A stretch of 42,785 nt of DNA from Thermoanaerobaculia bacterium (GTDB lineage Bacteria; Acidobacteriota; Thermoanaerobaculia; UBA5066). The first letter of the stretch is position 1. Each line of letters begins with the position of its first letter. The notes beneath the pieces are model-generated. The model saw only the letters and a list, made by a program, of their open reading frames with translations. It was not told where the DNA came from and made no database searches. Below are positions 9,806 to 19,147 of the stretch, piece after piece. The translations under genes were made by a program, and so were the position numbers. Where the stretch lies: the NCBI GenBank assembly GCA_038245905.1, contig JBBRRY010000031.1, forward strand, positions 1 through 42,785, written 5' to 3'.

Positions 9806-12223
9806 ATGAGCGATCCGACCTCCATCGAGCCATTCGCGTCTGCCGCCCGGACGCTTCCGCTCGTTCCCCTCCGCGACATGGTCGTCTTTCCCCGGATGAT
9901 GGCGCCCTTCGTCGTGGGCCGGGCGTCGTCCATCGCGGCGCTGGAGTCCGCCCTCGCGTCGTCCGAGAAGAGGATCTTCCTGGCCGCGCAGAAAGACCCC
10001 AAGGTCGACGAGCCTGTCGCGGGCGACATCCACGAGACGGGCGTCATCGCGTCCGTCGTGCAGTCGCTGAAGCTCCCGAACGGGCACATCAAGGTCATGG
10101 TCGAGGGCGTCGTCCGCGGCCGCATCCGCGCCTTCACGGCGGGGGCCGGGCACCTCGCGGTCAGCGTCGAGCGCCTCGAGCCGAAGCCGCTCGGGTCCAC
10201 GGCCGAGGAGCTGGGGCCCTACCTCTCTAAGGTCCTCTCAGTTTTCGAGCAGTACGCGAAGCTCTCGCACCACCTCGCGTTCGAGGGGCTCCTCTCCTCG
10301 CTCAAGATGGACGACCCCGAGGCGTTCGCCGACATGCTCGCCGGACATCTCCCGACGTCGATTGCGACGGCCGAGAAGCAGGCTCTTCTCGAGACCGTGA
10401 ACCCGCTCGAGCGCCTTCAGAAGCTCCAGGACCTGCTCGAGATCGAGATCGAGAAGATCAACATCGATCGACGGATCAACAACAAAGTCAAGAAGCAGAT
10501 GGAGCGCGCGCAGAAGGAGTACTACCTCAACGAGAAGATCAAGGCCATTCACCAGGAGCTCGGCAAGAAGGACGACAAGTCCGACGAGCTCGAGGAGCTG
10601 AAGGTCAAAATCGAGAAGGCCGGGATGCCGAAGGAGACGAAGGAGAAGGCGCTCGCCGAGATGAAGAGGCTCGAGGCGATGCCGAACGTCTCCGCCGAGG
10701 CCACCGTCTCACGCAACTACATCGACTGGCTCGTGCAGGTGCCGTGGAAGAAGGCGACGCGCGAGATGAAGGACATCAAGCGCGCCGAGAAGATCCTGAA
10801 CGAGGACCACTTCGGCCTCGAAAAGGTGAAGGAGCGCATTCTCGAGTTCCTCGCCGTGCGCCAGCTCGTAACGGAGACGAAGGGCTCGATCCTGTGCTTC
10901 GCGGGCCCTCCGGGCGTCGGCAAGACGTCGCTCGCGAAGTCGATCGCGAAATCGCTCAACCGCAAGTTCGTGCGCCTGTCGCTGGGCGGGGTGCGCGACG
11001 AAGCCGAGATCCGCGGCCACCGCCGCACGTACATCGGCGCTTTTCCGGGCCAGATCATCCAGCTCATGAAGAAGGCGGGCACGGTGAACCCCGTGTTCCT
11101 GCTCGACGAGGTCGACAAGATGTCGATGGACTTCCGGGGCGACCCGTCGTCGGCGCTCCTCGAGGTCCTGGACCCCGAGCAGAACCACGCGTTCGTCGAC
11201 CACTACCTCGACACCGAGTACGACCTTTCCAAGGTGATGTTCATCGCGACGGCGAACGTCGTGCACCCCATCCCGCCCGCCCTCAAGGACCGGATGGAGA
11301 TCATCCCGCTCTCGGGCTACACCCCGAACGAGAAGGTCGCGATCGCGAAGCAGTTCCTCGTGCCGAAGCAGATCAAGGAAAACGGGCTCAAGCCCACGCA
11401 GGCCTTGTTCGAAGACGGGGCCCTTTACGGCCTCATCGAGAAATACACGCGTGAGGCGGGAGTGCGCAACCTGGAGCGCGAGATCGCGTCCGTATGCCGG
11501 AAGATCGCCCGGAAGATCATCGGCAAGGACGCCGAAACGCCGCTCACGGTCACGGCCGAGAATCTCGCGGGATATCTCGGCAAGCCGAAGTTTCGCCTCA
11601 ACAAGAAGGGGGAGACCGCCGAGATCGGCCTCGCCACCGGCCTCGCCTGGACGGAATCGGGGGGCGACATCCTCTACATCGAGACGACGCTCATGCGCGG
11701 GAAGGGCAACCTCGTGCTGACGGGCCAGCTCGGTGAAGTCATGCAGGAAAGCGCGCGGGCCGCGCTGTCGTACGTGAGGACGCGCGCGGAGCTGTATGGC
11801 GCGGACGCCGACTTCTACGAGAAGAAAGACATCCACGTGCACGTCCCCGAGGGCGCTATCCCGAAGGACGGGCCGTCTGCGGGCATCACGATCGCGACGT
11901 CCATCCTCTCGGCCGTCACGCGGATCCCGATCCGCAAGGACCTCGCGATGACGGGGGAGATCACGCTCCGCGGCAAGGTGCTGCCCGTCGGCGGCATCAA
12001 GGAGAAGCTCCTCGCGGCCTACCGCGCGGGAATCACGACGATCCTCCTGCCGAAGGAGAACGAGAAGGACCTGGACGACCTGCCGGAGGAGATCCGGACG
12101 GTCATGGAGTTCCATCTCGTCGAGGACGTGGACGAGGTCGTCCGCCTGACTCTGGAGGGCGCGCCGTCGCCCGTGACTCCGAAAGCACTTGCCTCCGAGG
12201 CCGGAACGACGCTGCCGCACTGA
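9806..12223 (+). CDS. lon: Lon protease (endopeptidase La)
   Basis: LON N-domain ([13 protein letters not shown]), [16 protein letters not shown], catalytic PKDGPSAG and GGIKEK; 805 aa. Confidence 0.97.
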   Translation: MSDPTSIEPFASAARTLPLVPLRDMVVFPRMMAPFVVGRASSIAALESALASSEKRIFLAAQKDPKVDEPVAGDIHETGVIASVVQSLKLPNGHIKVMVEGVVRGRIRAFTAGAGHLAVSVERLEPKPLGSTAEELGPYLSKVLSVFEQYAKLSHHLAFEGLLSSLKMDDPEAFADMLAGHLPTSIATAEKQALLETVNPLERLQKLQDLLEIEIEKINIDRRINNKVKKQMERAQKEYYLNEKIKAIHQELGKKDDKSDELEELKVKIEKAGMPKETKEKALAEMKRLEAMPNVSAEATVSRNYIDWLVQVPWKKATREMKDIKRAEKILNEDHFGLEKVKERILEFLAVRQLVTETKGSILCFAGPPGVGKTSLAKSIAKSLNRKFVRLSLGGVRDEAEIRGHRRTYIGAFPGQIIQLMKKAGTVNPVFLLDEVDKMSMDFRGDPSSALLEVLDPEQNHAFVDHYLDTEYDLSKVMFIATANVVHPIPPALKDRMEIIPLSGYTPNEKVAIAKQFLVPKQIKENGLKPTQALFEDGALYGLIEKYTREAGVRNLEREIASVCRKIARKIIGKDAETPLTVTAENLAGYLGKPKFRLNKKGETAEIGLATGLAWTESGGDILYIETTLMRGKGNLVLTGQLGEVMQESARAALSYVRTRAELYGADADFYEKKDIHVHVPEGAIPKDGPSAGITIATSILSAVTRIPIRKDLAMTGEITLRGKVLPVGGIKEKLLAAYRAGITTILLPKENEKDLDDLPEEIRTVMEFHLVEDVDEVVRLTLEGAPSPVTPKALASEAGTTLPH

Positions 12224-12224
12224 G

Positions 12225-13700
12225 ATGAACGGCTCGGCTCGGGTTCGCCTCGCAGCCCTCGTCGCGCTCGTCCTGTCGTCGACCGCAGCCGCGTGGGAGG
12301 GTGACGTCCACGCGATCATTCTTCAGGGGGCGAAGCGCCTCTCCCCTTCCTTCCGCGCCCAGATGGAGGGCGTGAGCTTCGACGAAGTGGTGCGCAGCGC
12401 GTCCGAGGGCGACCGTCTCGACCCCCTGTGCATCGGCCATCGTCTTGTCGACGAGCAAAAAGAAGCGTGGACCCGGGCGGTCAGGATCCTCGAACAGATC
12501 CGGAATCCGCACGGGAAGCGCAATGCCTACGCGGAGGCGGCGCTCCTCGGCCAGTACTTCCACTACGTCGCGGATTGCGCGGCACCGCGCGCCGTGCTCG
12601 GGGGGAATGCTGGCAAAATCTCGATAGGGGCCTACGACGTCGTCGTCTTCCGCCATCGGCGGCCGCTCACGGGCTCTCCGGCTGAGGCGCTCAAGTCGCG
12701 CGCGACGGAGGCGGAGTGGGCGGACCCCGTCCCGGAGGCCGCGTGCGCCAGCCTGAGGGACGCAGTCAACCTCACGATCGAAGCCGCCGAGCTGCTCCCG
12801 CCGCGGCCCGGCGCCGCAGCGGCCCCGGCCGGAGACGCGGAGGACGCTCCCGCGCTCTTCACGATCAACAAGATTCGCAAGTTCTATCGCCGCGCGGGCG
12901 ATACCCGCGTGAACGCCTCGGGCGACCGCGTGCACGAACAGTGGGCCGAGTCCCTCATGGACGTGATCCCACGCACCGGCGGGACGACATACGCGGAGCT
13001 CGCGTTCCGGGGCGTTCACGTCGTCGAGTGGGTGCCGCGGACCGAGGCCGGCAAGACGACGGTCCGCGCTCTCTTCTTCAACAACCAGGGTGCCTGCGTG
13101 AGGAGACTCGATGTTCTCGTCGGCGGCAGGCTCCAGATCCGGGTCCCCGCCGCTCTCGCTCCACTTTCACTCAACGTGGTTGAGTTCCCGGCGCCGGCGT
13201 CGTCGCCTGACGACGTTGGTGTGTGGGCGGTGCGCGGCGTATGTACGGGGTCGGGCGGCCGCAGGGACTTCAGCGCCGAGCGGTCCTTCGCGTTCCGGAT
13301 GAGCGGGAACTGGATGCCCGATTACACGGGCGTGTTCAAGGACACTCGCATCACGCTGCCCCCGCCGGCCGAACGCACCTGGGACGTGGACTTCGACCCG
13401 GAGGCCGTCTCGCTCGAGCTGCACGGCCTCTGGCTGACTGAGTTTGTCGCCCGCAAGGACAAGGACGCCTGGACGTTCTCGCTCGAGGGGGCGGCCATAA
13501 ACCGAAAGGCTTACTTCCCGAGGCCCATGACTTTCGTCGTCGAGATCGCGGCGGACGGCATGAAACCCGTGCGAAGGACATTCCGGATCGAGCCCGGTGC
13601 GATGCGCGAGCTGACGACGTTCGAGGCGTCGGTGGCGGACGAGACGCGCCGCTTCCGAAACCCGCGTTTTCGTCTGGCCTCCGTGAAGCGCGAGGAATAG
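12225..13700 (+). CDS. Secreted hypothetical protein; N-terminal domain resembles the Zn-dependent phospholipase C/P1 nuclease fold
   Basis: ATG 1 nt after the lon stop. Signal peptide ending AAA, mature N-terminus W-x4-H (WEGDVH), later LGQYFHYVAD. The C-terminal region is beta-rich and unrecognised. Confidence 0.6.
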   Translation: MNGSARVRLAALVALVLSSTAAAWEGDVHAIILQGAKRLSPSFRAQMEGVSFDEVVRSASEGDRLDPLCIGHRLVDEQKEAWTRAVRILEQIRNPHGKRNAYAEAALLGQYFHYVADCAAPRAVLGGNAGKISIGAYDVVVFRHRRPLTGSPAEALKSRATEAEWADPVPEAACASLRDAVNLTIEAAELLPPRPGAAAAPAGDAEDAPALFTINKIRKFYRRAGDTRVNASGDRVHEQWAESLMDVIPRTGGTTYAELAFRGVHVVEWVPRTEAGKTTVRALFFNNQGACVRRLDVLVGGRLQIRVPAALAPLSLNVVEFPAPASSPDDVGVWAVRGVCTGSGGRRDFSAERSFAFRMSGNWMPDYTGVFKDTRITLPPPAERTWDVDFDPEAVSLELHGLWLTEFVARKDKDAWTFSLEGAAINRKAYFPRPMTFVVEIAADGMKPVRRTFRIEPGAMRELTTFEASVADETRRFRNPRFRLASVKREE

Positions 13701-13826
13701 GCGGGACCGGCGGCGAACTCCCGCAGCTCCCGAAACCTGATAGTCTCTGCTCGGGACGGGTTCCCGTCCTTCTTACCTTCTAAGAAATTTCCCTGATCCC
13801 CCTCCCGGGGGACATCAAACCTTCCC

Positions 13827-14513
13827 ATGACGAATCGCACCGCTTCCGCTTCCTCGCGTGCCGGCACACGGTCCGGTGGCGTGAGAGGTCCGCTCGCCGC
13901 GGGGGCCGAGGTGCGCCTCGTGCTTCCGTCTTACCGCGCGGGCGAGAGGCCGAAGGGCGAGGCGCTGCCCTCCCTGGCGGTCCTCGGGCGGTCGAACGTC
14001 GGAAAATCCACTTTGCTGAATGCCCTCCTCGGCACGAAGGTCGCGCGCGTCTCGCAGACGCCGGGACGCACGCAGGCCCTGTTCTGGTACCGCGTTGGCG
14101 AAAAGTTCGACGTCGTGGACTGCCCGGGCTACGGTTTTGCGAAGACTTCGAAAGAGAAGAGAGATTCCTTCGAAGGGTTGATCGAGAGTCTCCTGGTCGG
14201 CTCGCCTGAGGAGGGCGGAGCGCAGGCAGGCGCCACGGCCGCGCTTCTGCTCGTGGATGCTCGTCTCGAGCCTCAGGCGAGCGACGTCTCCATGGCCCTC
14301 TTTCTAAGAGAATCTCTCGTGCCCACGGTTGTCGCCGCGACGAAATGGGACGCCGTGAAGCCCTCGCAGCGGGTGCGGCATCTTCGCGCGCTCACCGCGG
14401 CGCACGCGGCCCCCGACCGCCCCCTCCTGCCCGTCTCGGCCGAGACCGGCGAATCCCTCCCCGAGCTCGCGCGCTTGCTGCGCGCGGCTCTCTCACCCGC
14501 CTCCAAGGAGTAA
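13827..14513 (+). CDS. yihA: Ribosome biogenesis GTP-binding protein YihA/YsxC (EngB)
   Basis: G1 GRSNVGKS, G2 TPGRT, G3 DCPGYG, G4 TKWD, G5 SA. Usual position after clpX-lon. The true start may be the GTG near 13881. Confidence 0.9.
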   Translation: MTNRTASASSRAGTRSGGVRGPLAAGAEVRLVLPSYRAGERPKGEALPSLAVLGRSNVGKSTLLNALLGTKVARVSQTPGRTQALFWYRVGEKFDVVDCPGYGFAKTSKEKRDSFEGLIESLLVGSPEEGGAQAGATAALLLVDARLEPQASDVSMALFLRESLVPTVVAATKWDAVKPSQRVRHLRALTAAHAAPDRPLLPVSAETGESLPELARLLRAALSPASKE

Positions 14514-14516
14514 CTC

Positions 14517-15887
14517 ATGCCCCGACGCAAGGTGCCTGGCGCCGACTACGCCGCCCGCGACATCGACCCCCGGGATCTCCCTGCCGACGTCGAAGAGCCG
14601 CTCGCGGCGGCTCCCGCGCCGGGCGCTCCCGCCGAGCCCGTCCTCGACATCCGGACGCTGCACAACCATTCGATGCCGCAGCTCGTCAAGATCGCCCAGG
14701 AGCTGGAGGTCGAGGGCGCGCCCTCGCTGCGCAAGCAGGAGCTCATCTTCAGGATCCTGCAGACCCAGACCGAACGCCTCGGCCTGATCTTCTCGGAGGG
14801 CGTCCTCGAGGTGCTGCCGGACGGGTTCGGATTCCTCCGGGCGCCCGAGTACAACTACCTCGCGGGCCCGGACGACATTTACGTCTCGCCGTCCCAGATC
14901 CGGAAATTCGGCCTGCGTACCGGGGACACGATCTCCGGGCAGATCCGGCCGCCGAAGGAAGGGGAGCGTTACTTCGCCCTCATCAAGGTCGAGGCCGTCA
15001 ACTTCGAGCACCCGGACATCTCACGCGAGAAGATCCTCTTCGACAACCTGACGCCGCTCTACCCGGAGGAGCGCATCCGGCTCGAAACACCGAACCTTTC
15101 GTCGCGCGTCCTCGACCTCATCGCGCCGATCGGCAAGGGCCAGCGCGGCCTCATCGTGGCGCCGCCCCGCACCGGCAAGACGATGCTCCTGCAGGCGCTC
15201 GCGAACTCGATCACGACGAACCACCCCGAGATCACGCTCATCGTCCTTCTCATCGACGAGCGGCCCGAGGAAGTCACGGACATGCAGCGCTCCGTGAAGG
15301 GCGAAGTCATCTCCTCGACGTTCGACGAGCCCGCGACGCGGCACGTCCAGGTGGCCGAGATGGTCATCGAGAAGGCGAAGCGCCTCGTCGAGCACAAGAG
15401 GGACGTCGTCATCCTTCTCGACTCGATCACCCGGCTCGCGCGCGCTTACAACGCGACGTGCCCGCCCTCGGGCAAGGTCCTTTCGGGCGGCGTCGACGCG
15501 AACGCGCTCCAGAAGCCGAAGCGGTTCTTCGGTGCGGCGCGGAACATCGAGGAGGGAGGATCCCTCACGATCATCGCGACGGCCCTCATCGACACGGGCT
15601 CGCGGATGGACGACGTCATCTTCGAGGAGTTCAAGGGGACCGGCAACATGGAGGTCCACCTCGACCGCAAGCTCGTCGACCGCCGCGTCTTCCCGGCCAT
15701 CGACCTCAACAAGTCGGGCACGCGCAAGGAAGAGCTGCTCCTCGACAAGCAGGAGCTGAACCGGGTGTGGATCCTCCGCAAGGTCCTCAACCCGCTCTCG
15801 ACCGTCGAGGCGATGGAGCTCCTCATCGAGCGCCTCGACAAGACGAAGAACAACGCGGAGTTCCTCGGCTCGATGTCGGCGGGGTGA
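14517..15887 (+). CDS. rho: Transcription termination factor Rho
   Basis: [17 protein letters not shown], Walker [38 protein letters not shown] Shine-Dalgarno upstream. Confidence 0.98.
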   Translation: MPRRKVPGADYAARDIDPRDLPADVEEPLAAAPAPGAPAEPVLDIRTLHNHSMPQLVKIAQELEVEGAPSLRKQELIFRILQTQTERLGLIFSEGVLEVLPDGFGFLRAPEYNYLAGPDDIYVSPSQIRKFGLRTGDTISGQIRPPKEGERYFALIKVEAVNFEHPDISREKILFDNLTPLYPEERIRLETPNLSSRVLDLIAPIGKGQRGLIVAPPRTGKTMLLQALANSITTNHPEITLIVLLIDERPEEVTDMQRSVKGEVISSTFDEPATRHVQVAEMVIEKAKRLVEHKRDVVILLDSITRLARAYNATCPPSGKVLSGGVDANALQKPKRFFGAARNIEEGGSLTIIATALIDTGSRMDDVIFEEFKGTGNMEVHLDRKLVDRRVFPAIDLNKSGTRKEELLLDKQELNRVWILRKVLNPLSTVEAMELLIERLDKTKNNAEFLGSMSAG

Positions 15888-16036
15888 TTCAGGTCCGGGA
15901 ATACCGCGAGCTTTTCGTGATGCCCTATCGCCTCGTCTACCGGGTCGAGAGGGTGCGCGTCGTGGTTCTGGGAGTGTTCGACGGCCGGAGAAACCTGGAA
16001 GACATCCTCCTCGACAGGCTGCTTCGGGAAGGTTGA
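15884..16036 (+). pseudogene. C-terminal remnant of a RelE/ParE-family toxin
   Basis: 50-codon frame [47 protein letters not shown] matches the C-terminal half of RelE/ParE proteins. The N-terminal helices and an antitoxin are absent. Confidence 0.7.
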
Positions 16037-16122
16037 CGAAGGGAGGGCCGCCTCCTCCTTCTCGGGCCTGCCCACCCCTTTCGAGTACGATTCGCCGCGA
16101 TCAGACCGCCGAGGAGCGCCGC

Positions 16123-17004
16123 ATGTCGAAAATCGCGAAATTCGTCCACCCCTACCGCATCACGAACGGGAAGAGGTTCCGTCTCGAGGACCACGACCCC
16201 CGTGACACGGCCCACCTCAAGGAAGACAAGAAAACAGTAAAGGAGTTCCTGGCGCAGGGCGTTGCGAGGCTGGCCGAGCTGCAGGACAAGCTCTACGCGC
16301 AGAACCGCTGGAGCGTCCTCCTGATCTTTCAGGCGATGGATGCGGCCGGAAAGGACGGGACGATCAAGCACGTCATGTCGGGCGTGAACCCGCAGGGCTG
16401 CCAGGTGTTCTCGTTCAAGTCGCCATCGCCCGAAGAGCTCGACCACGACTTCCTGTGGCGCACGAACAAGTCTCTGCCCGAGCGGGGACGCATCGGGATC
16501 TTCAACCGCTCGTACTACGAGGAAACGCTCGTCGTCCGCGTGCACCCCGAGATCCTCAGCGGCCAAAGGCTCCCGCTGCGCCTCGTGACGAAGAAGATCT
16601 GGAAGGAACGCTTCGAGAGCATCGCGGACATGGAAAAGCACCTCGCGCGCAACGGGATGCTCGTTCTCAAATTCTTCCTGAACATCTCGCGCAAGGAGCA
16701 GAAGCGCCGCTTCCTCGAGCGGCTCGACATGCCCGACAAGAACTGGAAATTCTCGGAGGGCGACGTCCGGGAACGCCAGCTCTGGAAGCAGTACATGACC
16801 TGCTACGAGGAAGCGATCCGTCACACGGCGGCGCCGTGGGCGCCTTGGTACGTCGTGCCCGCGGACAACAAGTGGTTCACGCACCTCGTCGTCGCGGGCG
16901 CGATCATCGACGCGATGGAGCAGCCGGATCTTCGCTACCCCGTCGTCGACGACGCCCGGAAAAAGGAGCTCGCGGCGGCGCGCCGCCTCTTGAACTCGGA
17001 GTAG
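16123..17004 (+). CDS. ppk2: Polyphosphate kinase 2 family protein (probably class III)
   Basis: Walker [17 protein letters not shown], Walker B region [25 protein letters not shown] Shine-Dalgarno before the ATG at 16123. Confidence 0.92.
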   Translation: MSKIAKFVHPYRITNGKRFRLEDHDPRDTAHLKEDKKTVKEFLAQGVARLAELQDKLYAQNRWSVLLIFQAMDAAGKDGTIKHVMSGVNPQGCQVFSFKSPSPEELDHDFLWRTNKSLPERGRIGIFNRSYYEETLVVRVHPEILSGQRLPLRLVTKKIWKERFESIADMEKHLARNGMLVLKFFLNISRKEQKRRFLERLDMPDKNWKFSEGDVRERQLWKQYMTCYEEAIRHTAAPWAPWYVVPADNKWFTHLVVAGAIIDAMEQPDLRYPVVDDARKKELAAARRLLNSE

Positions 17005-17042
17005 CCGGGCGGCGCGTCCACGGAGGTTCCTATACTGGCGCC

Positions 17043-19028
17043 GTGTGGGAGCGGACGTTCCTTCGGGACCTCGCGGTCGTCCTCGCGGCGTCGTTCCCCG
17101 TCCTCTTCGTTTGCCGGCGGCTGAAACTCCCGCAGGTCGTCGGATTTCTCGTCACGGGCATCGCGATCGGGCCGCACGCCCTTGGGTGGGTGCGCGACGC
17201 GGACCGCGTCGAGTCGATCGCGGAGTTCGGCGTCGCCCTCATCCTCCTCTTCGTCGGGCTCGAGTTCCCGATCCGGCGCCTGAAGGCTCTCGGCCGGACG
17301 TCCTTCGTGGGCGGTACGCTTCAGATGGCGTTGACGACCGCCGGAGGCTACGCACTCGCACGGCTCTCGGGGACCGCGCCGAACCAGGCGGTCTTCTTCG
17401 GCCTTCTCGTGTCGGTGTCGTCCACGGCGGTCGTCCTCCCGATCCTCAAGCAGCGCGACGAGCTCGCGGCGCCATACGGCCGGCGCTTCCTCGCGGTCGC
17501 GCTCTTTCAGGATCTCGCGGTGATCCCGATCCTCCTCTTCCTGCCCGCCCTCGTCTCCGGGAGCGGGCCGGGCGCCGCCGCCGTCGCGGGCCGCGTCGCT
17601 CTCGCGATCGCGGGCGTCGTGCTTCTCGTGGCCGTCGCGCGCCGGGCGGCGCCGCGGCTCCTCGACGCCGTCGCGCGGATGGGGAGCCGCGAGACCTTCA
17701 CGGGCGCCGTCGTCGTCGTCGTCCTCGCGATGGTCGCGATGGGCGAGAAGGCGGGCGTCTCGGCTGCAATGGGCGCCTTCGCGGCGGGAATCGTCCTCGG
17801 CGAGAGCGACCACGTTCATGAGGTTGCGGCGACGCTCGCGCCGCTCCACGACCTCCTCTCGAGCCTCTTCTTCGTCTCGGTCGGGATGCTTCTCGAGCCT
17901 GCGTTTCTCGTGTCTCACCCATCCGAGGTCGCGGGCGGGATCGTGCTTCTCGTCGCGCTCAAGACGGTGGCCGCGTTCGTCGCCCTCCGCGCCGCGGGCA
18001 CGGTTCCACGAACAGCGGCCCGCGCCGCGCTCGCCCTCGCGAACGTCGGCGAGTTCTCGTTCGTCCTTGCGACGACGGGCGTCTCACTTGCCCTCCTCAC
18101 GGCGGAGACCCGGCAGATCGCCGTGGCGGCGACGGTCGGGACGCTCATCCTCGCGCCGTTCCTCGTCGCGGCCGGTCCGGCGCTCGCCGTGCGCCTCCCC
18201 GAAGCCGTCGAGGATCCCGGCGAGAAGCCGGAAGCGCCGCGCGCCCGCCATATCGTGGTCGTCGGGGCGGGGCTGAACGGGACGAACGTCGCGCGCGTCC
18301 TGCACGAGACCGGCATCCCGAACGTCCTCGTGGACATCGACCCGGAGCGCATCGCGGCCGCTCGCCAGGAAGGTCTGGAGGCGCTCCGCGCCGACGCGAC
18401 GGGACTCGAGGGCCTGCAGGCGGCGGGTGTCTCACGTGCCCTCGGAGTCGTCGTGACGATCCCCGACCCCGATGCCTGCCGGCGGGTCGTCCGTCTGAGC
18501 CGATTGCAGTCCCCGACCGTCCGCATTCTCGTGAGGACGCGCTACGTGAAGGAGGTCGAGTCGCTTCGCCTGCTCGGCGCCGACGAGGTGATCCCCGAGG
18601 AGTTCGAGACCTCGATCGAGCTCGTCGCGCGCGTCCTCCGGCTCTTGCACGTGCCGGGGAACATCGTCGCGACGCAGATCCGCCTCCTGCGCGACGAGGC
18701 ATACCGCCGCCTGCGTGACCCGCACGCGAAGGCCGCCGGGGGGCGGCGTCTCGCCGCCCTCGTGGCGGCAGGGACGAGCGAGCTCTTCCTCGTCCTGCCC
18801 GACGCCATGCCGGACGGCAGGCTGCTCTCGGAGCTGGACCTCGCGGCTGCGCACGTCGCGGTGCCGGCTGTCCTCCGTGACGGCGTCCCCATCGCGCCGC
18901 CGCCCGAGGACCTTCGCCTCGCGGCGGGCGACACGCTCGTCCTCGTCGGCGCCCACGAGGACCTGGCGCGCGTCCTCCCGCGCCTGGAGGCGCCGGCGGC
19001 GGCTTCGCCGTCTCCGGTTGCAGGTTGA
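17043..19028 (+). CDS. CPA2-family cation:proton antiporter (KefB/KefC-like) with TrkA-N and TrkA-C domains
   Basis: Many hydrophobic helices with VSSTAVV, FQDLA, GAFAAG, FFVSVGM and GEFSFV motifs. Rossmann GAGLNG, GADEVIPEEFETS and a C-terminal RCK-C segment (LAAGDTLVLVG). GTG start inferred at 17043. Confidence 0.88.
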   Translation: MWERTFLRDLAVVLAASFPVLFVCRRLKLPQVVGFLVTGIAIGPHALGWVRDADRVESIAEFGVALILLFVGLEFPIRRLKALGRTSFVGGTLQMALTTAGGYALARLSGTAPNQAVFFGLLVSVSSTAVVLPILKQRDELAAPYGRRFLAVALFQDLAVIPILLFLPALVSGSGPGAAAVAGRVALAIAGVVLLVAVARRAAPRLLDAVARMGSRETFTGAVVVVVLAMVAMGEKAGVSAAMGAFAAGIVLGESDHVHEVAATLAPLHDLLSSLFFVSVGMLLEPAFLVSHPSEVAGGIVLLVALKTVAAFVALRAAGTVPRTAARAALALANVGEFSFVLATTGVSLALLTAETRQIAVAATVGTLILAPFLVAAGPALAVRLPEAVEDPGEKPEAPRARHIVVVGAGLNGTNVARVLHETGIPNVLVDIDPERIAAARQEGLEALRADATGLEGLQAAGVSRALGVVVTIPDPDACRRVVRLSRLQSPTVRILVRTRYVKEVESLRLLGADEVIPEEFETSIELVARVLRLLHVPGNIVATQIRLLRDEAYRRLRDPHAKAAGGRRLAALVAAGTSELFLVLPDAMPDGRLLSELDLAAAHVAVPAVLRDGVPIAPPPEDLRLAAGDTLVLVGAHEDLARVLPRLEAPAAASPSPVAG

Positions 19029-19053
19029 CTCCACGCCCGAAGCGGCGCAAATT
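19025..19053 (+). promoter_or_regulatory. Putative sigma70-type promoter ahead of the TPP riboswitch
   Basis: TTGACT (19025-19030), 17 bp, CAAATT (19048-19053), ending just before the aptamer. Confidence 0.5.
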
Positions 19054-19059
19054 GTCCCC

Positions 19060-19137
19060 AGCCTGGGGGTGGCCCGCGAGGGTCTGAGATCACACCCCGG
19101 AACCTGATCCGGCTCGTACCGGCGTAGGGAAAGGCAG
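19060..19137 (+). promoter_or_regulatory. TPP (thi-box) riboswitch
   Basis: GCCT...GGGGTG-[gccc GCGA gggt]-CTGAGA-tcACACCCC-ggAACCTGAT-CCGG ctcgta CCGG-CGTAGGGA-AAGGC carries the conserved TPP aptamer blocks. The 3' P1 strand abuts the GAGGGG ribosome-binding site. Confidence 0.92.
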
Positions 19138-19147
19138 AGGGGACCGC

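Noticed and set aside
14345-15883. 563-aa ORF overlapping yihA and rho and ending in the RelE/ParE-like peptide (possible frameshift fusion)
   Set aside because: The upstream part is low-complexity shadow sequence typical of high-GC DNA. rho is intact with its own stop and no slippery site was seen.
9806-17004. Functional link between ppk2 and lon (polyphosphate stimulates Lon)
   Set aside because: The genes are several loci apart and ppk2 follows a deletion scar. Proximity alone is not evidence.
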